Of a DNA stretch of 51,485 bases, positions 29,401-38,299 are shown one piece after another. Both the position numbers and the translations under genes were made by a program. Origin of the DNA: Candidatus Woesearchaeota archaeon (GTDB lineage: Archaea; Nanobdellota; Nanobdellia; Woesearchaeales; DSVV01); NCBI GenBank assembly GCA_018303075.1, contig JAGVYW010000042.1, positions 1-51,485 on the forward strand, read 5' to 3'. Positions within the stretch are counted from its first letter, which is position 1, and every line of letters starts with the position of its first letter. The notes under the pieces were generated by a model. It had not been told where the DNA came from and searched no databases. It saw only the letters and a program-made list of their open reading frames with translations.

Positions 29401-31370
29401 TCTCCGTCATTATCTATACCATCAAAGCAAACCTCTCCATCAAATCCAGTAGGTTTACAATAATAATATGTGCTGTCCCATGTACAAGATAAAGGATTTG
29501 ATAAATTAGCTGTGTTTAAACAATCAGTTTCAGTTGGGCATGACATACAATCTTGACTGCAGACTTTCTTTGAATTACCTACACAAAAACCACCATAAGA
29601 ATCAGTAATCCATTTACAACCTGCATTACTTTGCTCGCATTTTTCCTGTTGAATATTAACATCAGTTGAGACTATGCCACAACTTTTACAGTCAGTATTA
29701 CAATCTCCTCCACCAAACTTAAATTGCTGTGGCGGAAGACAAGTTCCGTATCCATTTGCAGCATTTGTATTATTTTGATACTGACAGTATCCTAAACTAG
29801 AAGCAAGACAAGCTATCTGAGCATCACTAACTGAGCTAACTTCTGTACCATTTTGATAAAACCATTCGCATGCTCCGCAAAAACTATTACAGTTTTCAAA
29901 CATTCCTCCACCTGATGTTGTACCTTGTTTACAGAAACAATCATTTTTAATACTGCCATCGAAATCTTCATATTGCTCACATGACCATATTCCTTTTGCA
30001 GCTTGACAAGCACTTTCTCCCCCATTAGTATTATCAATCTCCCAGAAATCTCCAATTGGACCTCCTTTAAACACAGAGTCAAACATAAATTTACATTTGT
30101 TTGATGTATTATCCCAGTTACAAGGCATATTAAATGTAGTTGCCAGCCATGTACAGTTATCTGCAGTCGTAATCTTTGAATCTTCACAAAACTTTATCTC
30201 TTCACCTCCTATTTTTGGTGTACATATTGACATTTCATCTGTTGTTTTAGTTCTATTTATTTTTTGACAATAATTACCAGTTAATGCAGAAGAATTGCCC
30301 CATTTACATCCAGGAAATGGCCCGCAATCACAAGAATTTTTTACTCTTACATCACTGCATTCTATATTATCAGTTGCCAATGTAACATTAAAATATGTTT
30401 TGCTTGCAGTAAATTCTATACCTGAAGCATCTGATTGATGACCTTCACAATACCCTTCTGGTTTATTATAACAAAAACTAGTGCTTTTGCTTATATTTCC
30501 TCCTCCATTTTGAACATTTATTAATCCATTAGTATTCGAACAATAAACACATCCACTGACATTCATACAAACACCAGGATTCATATCTGCAAACCAGCAA
30601 TGCTCTGCTCCTCCACCTTCACCAACAAAATCAGAAGAAGGCGGCATACAACCACCATTGCTTGGATTATAATTACAGCCATTGCCTAAACAATCATTTG
30701 AATTATTATTATATAACTCACAACCAGCTGCTCCACAAGTTTGTGAGCCATTGTTCCAATTACATGGAAACATCAATGATTCAGCTGTCTTGCATTTGCT
30801 TTGATTTCCATTAAAATTATTACATGGCGGGACAACGCAGCATCCAACTGAATCCATACACCAAGGATCATAATCTAATTGATTAGATGCGTTCTTATGA
30901 TGCCATTCACAGATTCCATTTAGATAAGTTGGGTCTTCGCAATAAGTTTCATTTGTGCTGTCTCTATTCCAACAACCCTGCATCTGACAACAACCAACAT
31001 CACTAATATTATCTATTTGTCCAGAAGGACTCCAATCTCCAACTGATTTAAAAGGACACCATGAATTTTGATTTTTATCATTTGCTTCCCATCCACAAGT
31101 TAAGTTATAAGTAGAAACAGCATTATTACATCCACTTTGATCTCCATCAAAATTCCAACAATTTAATTGATCACAACAACCTACAGAATCCATACACCAT
31201 GTATTATTCTCTGCAGGTTTCCATAAACATTTGCCACTCTGCGCATTACACTGCGACTGATTTCCTTGATACTGCCAGCAATTGACAAATTCATCTGCTG
31301 CAACAATTCCAGCAAGAGATAGACAGATTAATAAACTTAACACTAACAAAACAGACCTTTTTGATTCCAT
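26427..31370 (-). CDS. Giant Cys-rich membrane-anchored surface protein (1647 aa)
   Basis: Sec signal peptide, many C-x5-6-C-x-W modules, two CFDGIDNDGD..DC.D..C Ca-binding-like motifs, Pro/Thr linker, C-terminal TM + KKKQK. Confidence 0.9.
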   Translation of the reverse strand: MESKRSVLLVLSLLICLSLAGIVAADEFVNCWQYQGNQSQCNAQSGKCLWKPAENNTWCMDSVGCCDQLNCWNFDGDQSGCNNAVSTYNLTCGWEANDKNQNSWCPFKSVGDWSPSGQIDNISDVGCCQMQGCWNRDSTNETYCEDPTYLNGICEWHHKNASNQLDYDPWCMDSVGCCVVPPCNNFNGNQSKCKTAESLMFPCNWNNGSQTCGAAGCELYNNNSNDCLGNGCNYNPSNGGCMPPSSDFVGEGGGAEHCWFADMNPGVCMNVSGCVYCSNTNGLINVQNGGGNISKSTSFCYNKPEGYCEGHQSDASGIEFTASKTYFNVTLATDNIECSDVRVKNSCDCGPFPGCKWGNSSALTGNYCQKINRTKTTDEMSICTPKIGGEEIKFCEDSKITTADNCTWLATTFNMPCNWDNTSNKCKFMFDSVFKGGPIGDFWEIDNTNGGESACQAAKGIWSCEQYEDFDGSIKNDCFCKQGTTSGGGMFENCNSFCGACEWFYQNGTEVSSVSDAQIACLASSLGYCQYQNNTNAANGYGTCLPPQQFKFGGGDCNTDCKSCGIVSTDVNIQQEKCEQSNAGCKWITDSYGGFCVGNSKKVCSQDCMSCPTETDCLNTANLSNPLSCTWDSTYYYCKPTGFDGEVCFDGIDNDGDDSTDCNDKDCSFDKACGGDSFGNCGQYNSNATCANGQVILAGQNYNCTWISDTWSNSLRCANPGEQCWSFEENEVMCNATSGCRWVNLTVEDGPGAGWCDVKKSTGKVCNGLNTTNCSQNQYCSWSDPDGVGGGPGFCDFSIFTQCHQLWNSSSCSANGNCTWSNDFMGPMMEGMGGHCEPNCFNSNFNSTGCVDSKPMCEWVETACDPSFYADCADYDGNITACEEKPSCQYYNSTGEELCDPKSGGDKFAGAGFGGGGAANPFGGGIMMGPIQNAQGIFNNMEFFHLGDDTDVGPIPSEPGKQDWNTPTGWGTSTTEQNDTLEAVDIRYFGIKDLGQELGFGIGVTQTKKAAMCNGKPTHFYNEMGLPTAVNNGTNTTRFIWYLDTDGNSSNNCNATDQDGNKLQGFEFMINYLEQWSTQNKTTDTKTFYKCSGGSWSPTSVALYVDRGISCQMVGGAGIAVSYEDLESYTTMYNASEVMRVFVISGHNATFITDSAGPGYYTKGTVDWKPECCFCPGDPDIDGDGKPASTDEECAFIKDKGFMSFEDCFNNKDDNNDDLVDCDDPICTPMPKCGGSFNFIANANDKKSPMVLFQMVDEWSDGAFIKFDTDEPAKGAVLFYFNDSSCVTVNATLDDLGDPSFTFDDYKPFHGINLDYNILGYSLQTGTDYFFKTRVIDPSNNTAKSACLNFTTKTETKKVLFDLDLDAGYEVDLMCNGYNKTNWNGSYAIKVNTSITKNCNMTIECDDGNYDMTFVGVDITQPQDIDLQNKLVCNTTQKMIGMDSDEEAWSENLFSFGMGGANDYIIEEFPVAYNANNIFKHCDEDNISDCTDSTAYVNCTGNTTETECKIPTSIGYSGHYINVYSGGGDNNNGGSGGGSSTPIVTPPVATPVAPAVPAEPTPKKEVAKETTPASVVAETTTETSVKAERRETRETAKKVDKKTKRDLAGKAFDQLFGGAGSGMGALVVLVLIVVIIVGVVYYKKKQK

Positions 31371-31509
31371 TTTCCTACACCCTTTTTTAATCTCATCTTA
31401 TTTAAAAAACAATCAAAAAGCAGATTAATTAGAACAAAAACTAAAATTTGCTTTAATAAAATTGTTTTTTATATTTTATATCATAACTTATATTTAAATA
31501 TTTATAATT

Positions 31510-34500
31510 TCATCCCCTATTATACACCAAACTATAACTGTTTTTGCTTGGACGTATCTCATAACCTTCTCCTGGTTCAAAGCAGGCAAAGTTGCCTGAC
31601 CATAATCCTGCTGCTGAGCTGTACTGCACATACACATAACTTGCAGAGGTTGTGTTGTACTTGTAGATCCTGTCACCTGAAGCTGGAGATGCTGATGAGA
31701 TGAAAATAGTCGAGAAATTACATTGTTGTATTGCAGAGAAATAACCAAACATATTTATTTCAGCTGATGTTGTGTTTCCTGCTGAATTTGTTGCAGCTGT
31801 GATTGAAACTGTGTAATTGTTTAATGGAACTTCTCCAACTAATGTAATATTATATGCAGCTGAAACTGGCGAAAAGATGTATGATCTTCCATATTCAAAT
31901 AATGCAAAATCACCCAACCAGCCACTGCTTGAAAAAAACTGCACTAACATTGATGTCTTTGAGGTTGTATTGTATGAATAAATAATATCATTTTCTGCAG
32001 GTGATGTTAAATTTGATATGTTAAGATCATTGACTATAACTGGCAAAGAGATGAGATTTAACTGCACTCCTGCTGTTGGGTTTCCAGAAGCTGCTTTGAT
32101 CAATAAATTGAATTTTGAAACAGTTATATCTGTGAGATTATAATTTGTGCCATTTGCTGCTGCAATACGATAAAATCTTTTGTCAACATTTATTGCATTA
32201 TTATCAATGTAATATAACTGTGTTGTTGTTGCATTTGCCGTCGGAAGTGCTGCTGAGGAAAGAACGAGAATATAAGATGCATTGTCTGAAAAAAATAAAT
32301 CATATTGCGAAGCATCTTTAGCTGAATCCCATGAAATGTTTATTGAATTGTTTGCAAGTTTCTTAATTGAGAGATTGCCTGGCATAGATGGCTGTACATT
32401 TGTTGAGTTGAAAATAGTCGTTGTATTTGTTAGAGTTTGATTGATGAAATTTGTTTCATTGCAAGTAATGTTATAATTGTAGGTTGCAGCTGCAGCAAAT
32501 GTCCTTGTGTATTCAAACAATGCTTTTGTCGTGTTGTAGATTAAGCTTGCTGTGCTGTCTGTAAATTTGATGCTGCAATTTGCAGCTGTAACTGTAGTTT
32601 GCGAAGTTGCATTTGTGTAATTTGCAAAAAAGTTTACTTGCTGATTCTCATATGTTATACCAAGGCGATAAGGCACAGAATCATCTGTTGAATCCCAGAT
32701 AACTAATGAAGAATTTTCTCGTGCAGTTATATTAGCTAGACCTATTGTGTAAAAAGTAAGGTTTGCAGCAGTTGCTGAGAGAATTGTACAGCCTGTATTT
32801 GTGCTGTTTCCTGTTTCACAAACAGAACCATTTCTTATAGGTACAGGAGCTGCATAACCTGTGTTGTATAATGAAAAGGTTATATTGCTGTTTAATGTAC
32901 TGTGAAGATGTGAGTTGTTGAAAATAATATTATTTCTGCTGATGTTTACATTTTTATCAAAATCTTGGAATGCAACTGCAACAAAATCATTAAAAATTAT
33001 TTTTCCATTTGATGTGTTTTCGAGGACAAAACTTGATGTATTGTATAATGTTGAGATGAAAAGTGGATATGTGGTGATACCATCAAATGTCTTTATCTCT
33101 GGAGAAGCGTTTAAGCCAGCTGAAATAACTAATGCAAATGGCTGTGAACCTTGTGCAATGTTATATGCTGAGATGTTTATTTTATAGCTTCCTGTCTGTG
33201 TATTGTTTGTATGAATGAGAACTTGCTCAACTGTGTTTCTGTCGTCAGAATAAGTGTTAAAAGGAAATGAAAAATCATTGCCATAAAACTCTGTTCCATT
33301 TGGTGATGTTACAATAATGTTGAGATCATTTACTAATGAAATTGCTGCATTTGATGTGCCTTTGTAATCTGTCCAGACTAAAGTTATCTTGATTGGAGCT
33401 GATGAGTTAATAACTGTAAAATTATAGACTGAAGATTGAGAAGTTGTTAATCCTGTATCATTTTCAATATAGGTAAGATATGCTGGCTCTTGAGGCATTA
33501 ATGTGTTTGTCATGTTTACTCTGCCCCAACCAGTTGTATTGCTTGGAAACCCATAACCTATCTCTTGGGCACCATTAATCAATGCTGCTTTTAATAATGC
33601 TGCTGAAACATTGCTGTAGAATTTGTTGAGCATAAAATCCTGGCGTAATAATACAAGCATACCTGCTGCAGAGGGTGTTGCCATGCTTGTACCAGAACAA
33701 TATGAGTAATAACTATTTGAAGGAAATGCTGAACTACATGATGGAGATGAAGAACTAATCACTGTTGATCTTGTTGAAACAACATTTGTACCAATAACTA
33801 CAACATCTGGCTTTGTTCTGTTGTCTGCTGCAGGACCAAGACTACTTGTCGAGGAGATTAATGCAGGATTGCCTGAGCTTCTGCTACTTTGAAGATTGCC
33901 AATAGAGATTATATTCTTTGCAGTTGCTGGATAATTGACTGTATTTGTACCTGAAAGACCTGAGTTTCCTGCTGCAAAAACAAGTAGAATATCTTTTCTG
34001 TTCCACATAAAATCATCAACTGTTACTGCAAGTGATTCATATACATTTGTATCACCACCATAGCTATTGCTATGCACCCTAACACCATCTAAATACTGAT
34101 CATGAAGAATTGTCTTGTATGTTGAAGTTGTCCCTAAATAAATTGAATGTGTACCATCATCATCTCCTGCTGCATAGAATGAAATGTTTGCTAAGTATGC
34201 CATTCCTTTAAATTGACCAGCTGATAATGTACCATTGCCAGCAGCTGAGCCTGTAACGTGAGTGCCATGACCGTTTTGATCATTTGGCGATGAACATGCT
34301 GCACCGCTCATTTGGCAAACTGAGTCATTTGTCTTAACATTAATAACACGATTATCAAAATCCAACAAAGTATCATTAAATACAGAAAGATTGTCAATGC
34401 CAGTGTCTAAACCAGTATCTAATATACCTATTATCTGATTTTTTCCATTAAGATTTAAGAAATTCCATACAGGAATTACCTCATGGTGTGTTGCTACTAA

Positions 34501-35283
34501 ATCATTTAAGACATGCACTGGTGATGGCGTATCAATTATCTGAACTTCTTCAACTGCAGAAATCTGCTGAATATTTTCTATTGCTGTCTTTACTCTGATA
34601 ACTTCATTATCAGAGTAAATTATTTTTGTACCACTTACTTTTTTTAATTCCTCGGCTATTGCTACTGCGTTTTCATTATCATATAAATAAAGATCGAGTG
34701 TTACTTTGTTATCTTTATCTGGAACAATCGCTGCAATTGTATCTGTGTTTATTTTATACTCTGGCTTGTAATTAATAATTGCTTTAACAAAATCAAATGA
34801 GCGTATTTTGTTTAAGTTTACTGCGGGTATTTTTACAATAAATGAAAACTGCGGGATGTACGAATAGAATTTGACGTCGTATGCCTGCAAAGCTTTTTTC
34901 CATGAATCTCTAACTGGAGCTGCAAATTGAAGAACATAGTATGACTCATTATAAAAGACTTCGCTTTGCTCGTCTTTTATTTGATCTATGTTCTGAAGCT
35001 GCTGTTTTTGCTGTTCTTTTTCTGATTCAGTAATTGTCTGCGACTTAAAATAGATATTTGTATCTGCTTTTTTGTATTCTTCTGGATGATAATCTGCAAG
35101 AGCTGTTTTGACTGAGTTATATTGATGTATTTCTTTTTTATATACAAAAGATAATGAAACAATGATAGTAATGAATAAGAGAACTACAACTATTGCTGCT
35201 AACCCAACTTTTTTCATTATAAAATCATTTACTGCATGAATGATTTTATATAGTTTTGTATTTTTCGAATTCGCTTTGCTCAT
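31510..35283 (-). CDS. S8 subtilase, membrane-anchored, with C-terminal beta-sandwich/FN3-like domains
   Basis: Catalytic triad ILDTG, HGTHVTG, GTSMATP. Oxyanion AAGNSG. LKAALINGA, ITLVWTD and NDLN C-terminal domain. N-terminal TM. Confidence 0.95.
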   Translation of the reverse strand: MSKANSKNTKLYKIIHAVNDFIMKKVGLAAIVVVLLFITIIVSLSFVYKKEIHQYNSVKTALADYHPEEYKKADTNIYFKSQTITESEKEQQKQQLQNIDQIKDEQSEVFYNESYYVLQFAAPVRDSWKKALQAYDVKFYSYIPQFSFIVKIPAVNLNKIRSFDFVKAIINYKPEYKINTDTIAAIVPDKDNKVTLDLYLYDNENAVAIAEELKKVSGTKIIYSDNEVIRVKTAIENIQQISAVEEVQIIDTPSPVHVLNDLVATHHEVIPVWNFLNLNGKNQIIGILDTGLDTGIDNLSVFNDTLLDFDNRVINVKTNDSVCQMSGAACSSPNDQNGHGTHVTGSAAGNGTLSAGQFKGMAYLANISFYAAGDDDGTHSIYLGTTSTYKTILHDQYLDGVRVHSNSYGGDTNVYESLAVTVDDFMWNRKDILLVFAAGNSGLSGTNTVNYPATAKNIISIGNLQSSRSSGNPALISSTSSLGPAADNRTKPDVVVIGTNVVSTRSTVISSSSPSCSSAFPSNSYYSYCSGTSMATPSAAGMLVLLRQDFMLNKFYSNVSAALLKAALINGAQEIGYGFPSNTTGWGRVNMTNTLMPQEPAYLTYIENDTGLTTSQSSVYNFTVINSSAPIKITLVWTDYKGTSNAAISLVNDLNIIVTSPNGTEFYGNDFSFPFNTYSDDRNTVEQVLIHTNNTQTGSYKINISAYNIAQGSQPFALVISAGLNASPEIKTFDGITTYPLFISTLYNTSSFVLENTSNGKIIFNDFVAVAFQDFDKNVNISRNNIIFNNSHLHSTLNSNITFSLYNTGYAAPVPIRNGSVCETGNSTNTGCTILSATAANLTFYTIGLANITARENSSLVIWDSTDDSVPYRLGITYENQQVNFFANYTNATSQTTVTAANCSIKFTDSTASLIYNTTKALFEYTRTFAAAATYNYNITCNETNFINQTLTNTTTIFNSTNVQPSMPGNLSIKKLANNSINISWDSAKDASQYDLFFSDNASYILVLSSAALPTANATTTQLYYIDNNAINVDKRFYRIAAANGTNYNLTDITVSKFNLLIKAASGNPTAGVQLNLISLPVIVNDLNISNLTSPAENDIIYSYNTTSKTSMLVQFFSSSGWLGDFALFEYGRSYIFSPVSAAYNITLVGEVPLNNYTVSITAATNSAGNTTSAEINMFGYFSAIQQCNFSTIFISSASPASGDRIYKYNTTSASYVYVQYSSAAGLWSGNFACFEPGEGYEIRPSKNSYSLVYNRG

Positions 35284-35337
35284 TCAGAAAAATACACTTG
35301 TAAAGATTTATATACTAGTGGAAGCTAAAATTGATAG

Positions 35338-35853
35338 ATGGAAGCAAAAGTTGCCATATTAGAACCTTTTTTTCAGAAACCAAGAGAGGCATTTCATATA
35401 AGAGAAGCTGCAAAACTTACAAGCATAAACCATACAACTGTCAGAAAATATCTGCAGGAGATGGTTAAAGAAGGGATATTAACAATCAAAGAGGATAAGT
35501 TATATGATATGTATATGGCAGCTGATTCTCCTGCATTTCGTAATATACATTTATATTATACTCTTGAAATAATACGAAAATCAAAGTTTCTTGCAGAAAT
35601 TGAGAAAAATGATAAAGATGCAGCTGTTGTGCTTTCTGCTTTTACAGAATCTATAGAATTATGCATGATCTATCAGAAAAAGAAAGAATATCCTACTCAG
35701 GAATTAGAGAAAGCTTTTGGAAAGAATATTGCTGTACAATATTATGATATTAAAAAGCTGCAAAATTGTCTGAAAAAGGATGCATTGCTGTTTCAGAAAA
35801 TTATTAATGGCATTGTTATCAATGGTAAGATTACAGTTACTGATTTTTTATGA
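35338..35853 (+). CDS. wHTH protein with degenerate MNT-like domain
   Basis: FHIREAAKLTSINHTTVRKYL HTH. Same overall layout as 931-1584 (ends INGIVING) but the GS/DxD motif is absent. Confidence 0.75.
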   Translation: MEAKVAILEPFFQKPREAFHIREAAKLTSINHTTVRKYLQEMVKEGILTIKEDKLYDMYMAADSPAFRNIHLYYTLEIIRKSKFLAEIEKNDKDAAVVLSAFTESIELCMIYQKKKEYPTQELEKAFGKNIAVQYYDIKKLQNCLKKDALLFQKIINGIVINGKITVTDFL

Positions 35854-35869
35854 ACGGAGTGTAAAAAAT

Positions 35870-37027
35870 ATGAATAAGAAAGCAATTAAATTAACAAGCG
35901 AGGCATTGATTGAAGCAGTATTGATTACAATTGTAATCATAGCATTTGCCTTTTATATCAGCTCATTAAAAGAAGACACACTAATTGAAAAAACAGCAAT
36001 TATCAGAGAATTGTCAATGCTTGCAAATACTGTACAAACAAGCCCACAGGATGTGATAGTGATATATAATAAAAATAATCTGAACAAATATCATTTTTCA
36101 TTTAAGGAGAATTATGTACAGATTAAACAACAGGATTATGCAACTGTGCTGTATCCTTATTACACAGATATGATGCTTTTAATGATGCTGCAAGAGATTG
36201 ATAAAAAAGAGCAAATTGTACTTTCAAGCTTCAAAGATAGTTTTGTTGTTTCTCCTGAAACAATTGTCGGCTTTGCTTCTCAGAGAGGATACAGTTTTAA
36301 TCCTATAAGCGCAGGAGGTAATGGAGTTGTTCAGAACAATGGTCTACAGAAAAATGCACAATCAGCACTTAGCCTTATTAACTGCCCACTTGCAAAGTCA
36401 ACAGCTGCATTGACTACAATTGTACTTGATGCTGGCAAAGGAGATTATGCTGCAATGCCTGATGAGAATGAGCAAGAGATTTTTGTGCTTGATACTGGTG
36501 CAGAGAATAAAGCATTAGGTATCAAGGAACATGAACTTACCATAAAAACAGCGATCATGCTTGAGACAGCACTGCGATTAAAGATTAAGAATGCATTTAT
36601 CAAAAAAACAAGAACACAAAATGAAGATGAAAGTTTTACTTATTATGAAAGACTGCAAAGATTTAGTGCAGATGATAATCTTGTGATTAGCATTCGTATG
36701 TATCAGGCAGAAGAGAATGAAAACAAAATAATTTTGTATATCTTATCTGGAAAAAATGAGCTGCAGAACCAAAAGATTGCATGCCTGCTAATGAATGAAC
36801 TACAAACAAAGGTATCAGGATTAACACATAAAGTTGAGATAAGATACTTGCCTAAAACTGATGATTATTACCCAATATTAGAAAAGAACAGCAAAGAAAA
36901 TGATAATCTAGCTGTTTTATTAGAGCTTGGAAATATTAACAATAAAGACAATGCTTTGTACAGCCAACCAGATGCTACGGTGGATGCAATAGCTGCAGCA
37001 ACTGCTGCATATAATGAGGATAGGTAA
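35870..37027 (+). CDS. Class III signal-peptide (pilin-like) protein with C-terminal Amidase_3-like domain, Zn-ligand His residues lost
   Basis: MNKKA + hydrophobic helix. IVLDAGKG (cf. DAGHG), KEHELT, KKTR, ISIRM (cf. SIHA), AVLLELGNINN. Confidence 0.8.
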   Translation: MNKKAIKLTSEALIEAVLITIVIIAFAFYISSLKEDTLIEKTAIIRELSMLANTVQTSPQDVIVIYNKNNLNKYHFSFKENYVQIKQQDYATVLYPYYTDMMLLMMLQEIDKKEQIVLSSFKDSFVVSPETIVGFASQRGYSFNPISAGGNGVVQNNGLQKNAQSALSLINCPLAKSTAALTTIVLDAGKGDYAAMPDENEQEIFVLDTGAENKALGIKEHELTIKTAIMLETALRLKIKNAFIKKTRTQNEDESFTYYERLQRFSADDNLVISIRMYQAEENENKIILYILSGKNELQNQKIACLLMNELQTKVSGLTHKVEIRYLPKTDDYYPILEKNSKENDNLAVLLELGNINNKDNALYSQPDATVDAIAAATAAYNEDR

Positions 37028-37645
37028 ATGAAAAAAACAAAAATAACTCATTTTTTTTTACAAAAAAATAAAAAAAAAGGTTTTGCCTATTTTCAGATCA
37101 TCTTTGCTTTTTACAGAGCGTTTGTGCTGATGCTTGTTGTATTATCAATCATAATGATAACGAAATTGTTTATCAAAGTAACATTTGATACACAAAAAGC
37201 AGAGATGGAACTGTTTAAAGAACAATTGTTATACTCTAAAGACGGAATTTCGCTGTATGACAGAGAAACGCAGCTGCTTTATCCAGGAGTTATTGATTAT
37301 AACCTCTTAAAGAATAAAGCATTGTTTGAAAGCAAACTTCTGCAAGGATTTTATTTTAAAGATAAACCCCTTGTAGCTGCAAAGCTTGAATTTTCCCTTC
37401 CTACTGAAATTATTGAACTAACTGATCCTACTTATGAAATATTTGAACCAATATTTTATCATGAAGATTATTTTAAAGAGCTAGCTGTGCTTGCAAATAC
37501 AAAGTTGATAGGAGCAGGAGGAGCAAAGATGATCAAACGAGAAACTCCTGTGTTAATTAAGAAAATTATTGTAGAAAATAATCTTGCAGTTGAAAAATAT
37601 ATTCCTGCATATCTGACAATCACGATTGTAAGTTCAAATAGTTGA
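37028..37645 (+). CDS. Class III signal-peptide (pilin-like) protein
   Basis: KKNKKKG/FAYFQIIFAFYRAFVLMLVVLSIIMI. ATG directly follows upstream TAA. Confidence 0.75.
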   Translation: MKKTKITHFFLQKNKKKGFAYFQIIFAFYRAFVLMLVVLSIIMITKLFIKVTFDTQKAEMELFKEQLLYSKDGISLYDRETQLLYPGVIDYNLLKNKALFESKLLQGFYFKDKPLVAAKLEFSLPTEIIELTDPTYEIFEPIFYHEDYFKELAVLANTKLIGAGGAKMIKRETPVLIKKIIVENNLAVEKYIPAYLTITIVSSNS

Positions 37646-37664
37646 TCAGAAAATAATTGATGGT

Positions 37665-38243
37665 ATGAAAAAGATGAATAAAAATAATCAGTTTAAAAAT
37701 AGAATATCGAATAAAAAAGCTGCGACACCATCACAGATATTAATAGACTTTTGGGCAACATTGGTTATTGTAATCATCTTAGCAATATTCTTTTTTATCT
37801 TATATATATCACAAGACAATAGAGAGATTGCAATCAAAGCACAAGCAGCTGAGTTTGAGGTTAATGATGAATTACTCCATCTGCTGCAATATCCTGTTAT
37901 TATTGACGGAAAGACGATGAGCTTTTCTGAAGCAATTGCTGTTTCTGTTCAGAAAGATGATTTTACTGAACTTGAACAAGCATTTGTCAAAGTAAAATCA
38001 TTAATCCAAACAAGATTATATTTTCAATCTAATGGATGTATTGAAATAAATATTGAATATTCTGGTGGAAAAAGAACAATTCCTGCTACTATTAATTGTG
38101 AAGAATACAGCAAATATGAACGTAGTACTGAAAAGATATACAAAAGTAAGGTAGAAATACCATCTTTTGAAGGTGAAAGCATCAGTGTTACTTATTCAGC
38201 AAGTAAAATTACCAATGAAGTTAAACGGAAGTATGAATCATAA
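37665..38243 (+). CDS. Class III signal-peptide (pilin-like) protein
   Basis: SNKKA/ATPSQILIDFWATLVIVIILAIFFFIL. Confidence 0.75.
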   Translation: MKKMNKNNQFKNRISNKKAATPSQILIDFWATLVIVIILAIFFFILYISQDNREIAIKAQAAEFEVNDELLHLLQYPVIIDGKTMSFSEAIAVSVQKDDFTELEQAFVKVKSLIQTRLYFQSNGCIEINIEYSGGKRTIPATINCEEYSKYERSTEKIYKSKVEIPSFEGESISVTYSASKITNEVKRKYES

Positions 38244-38299
38244 GTAGAATAATGAGTCATAAGTAAAATAATATATATGAATAATAGGTAGGAATAAAC

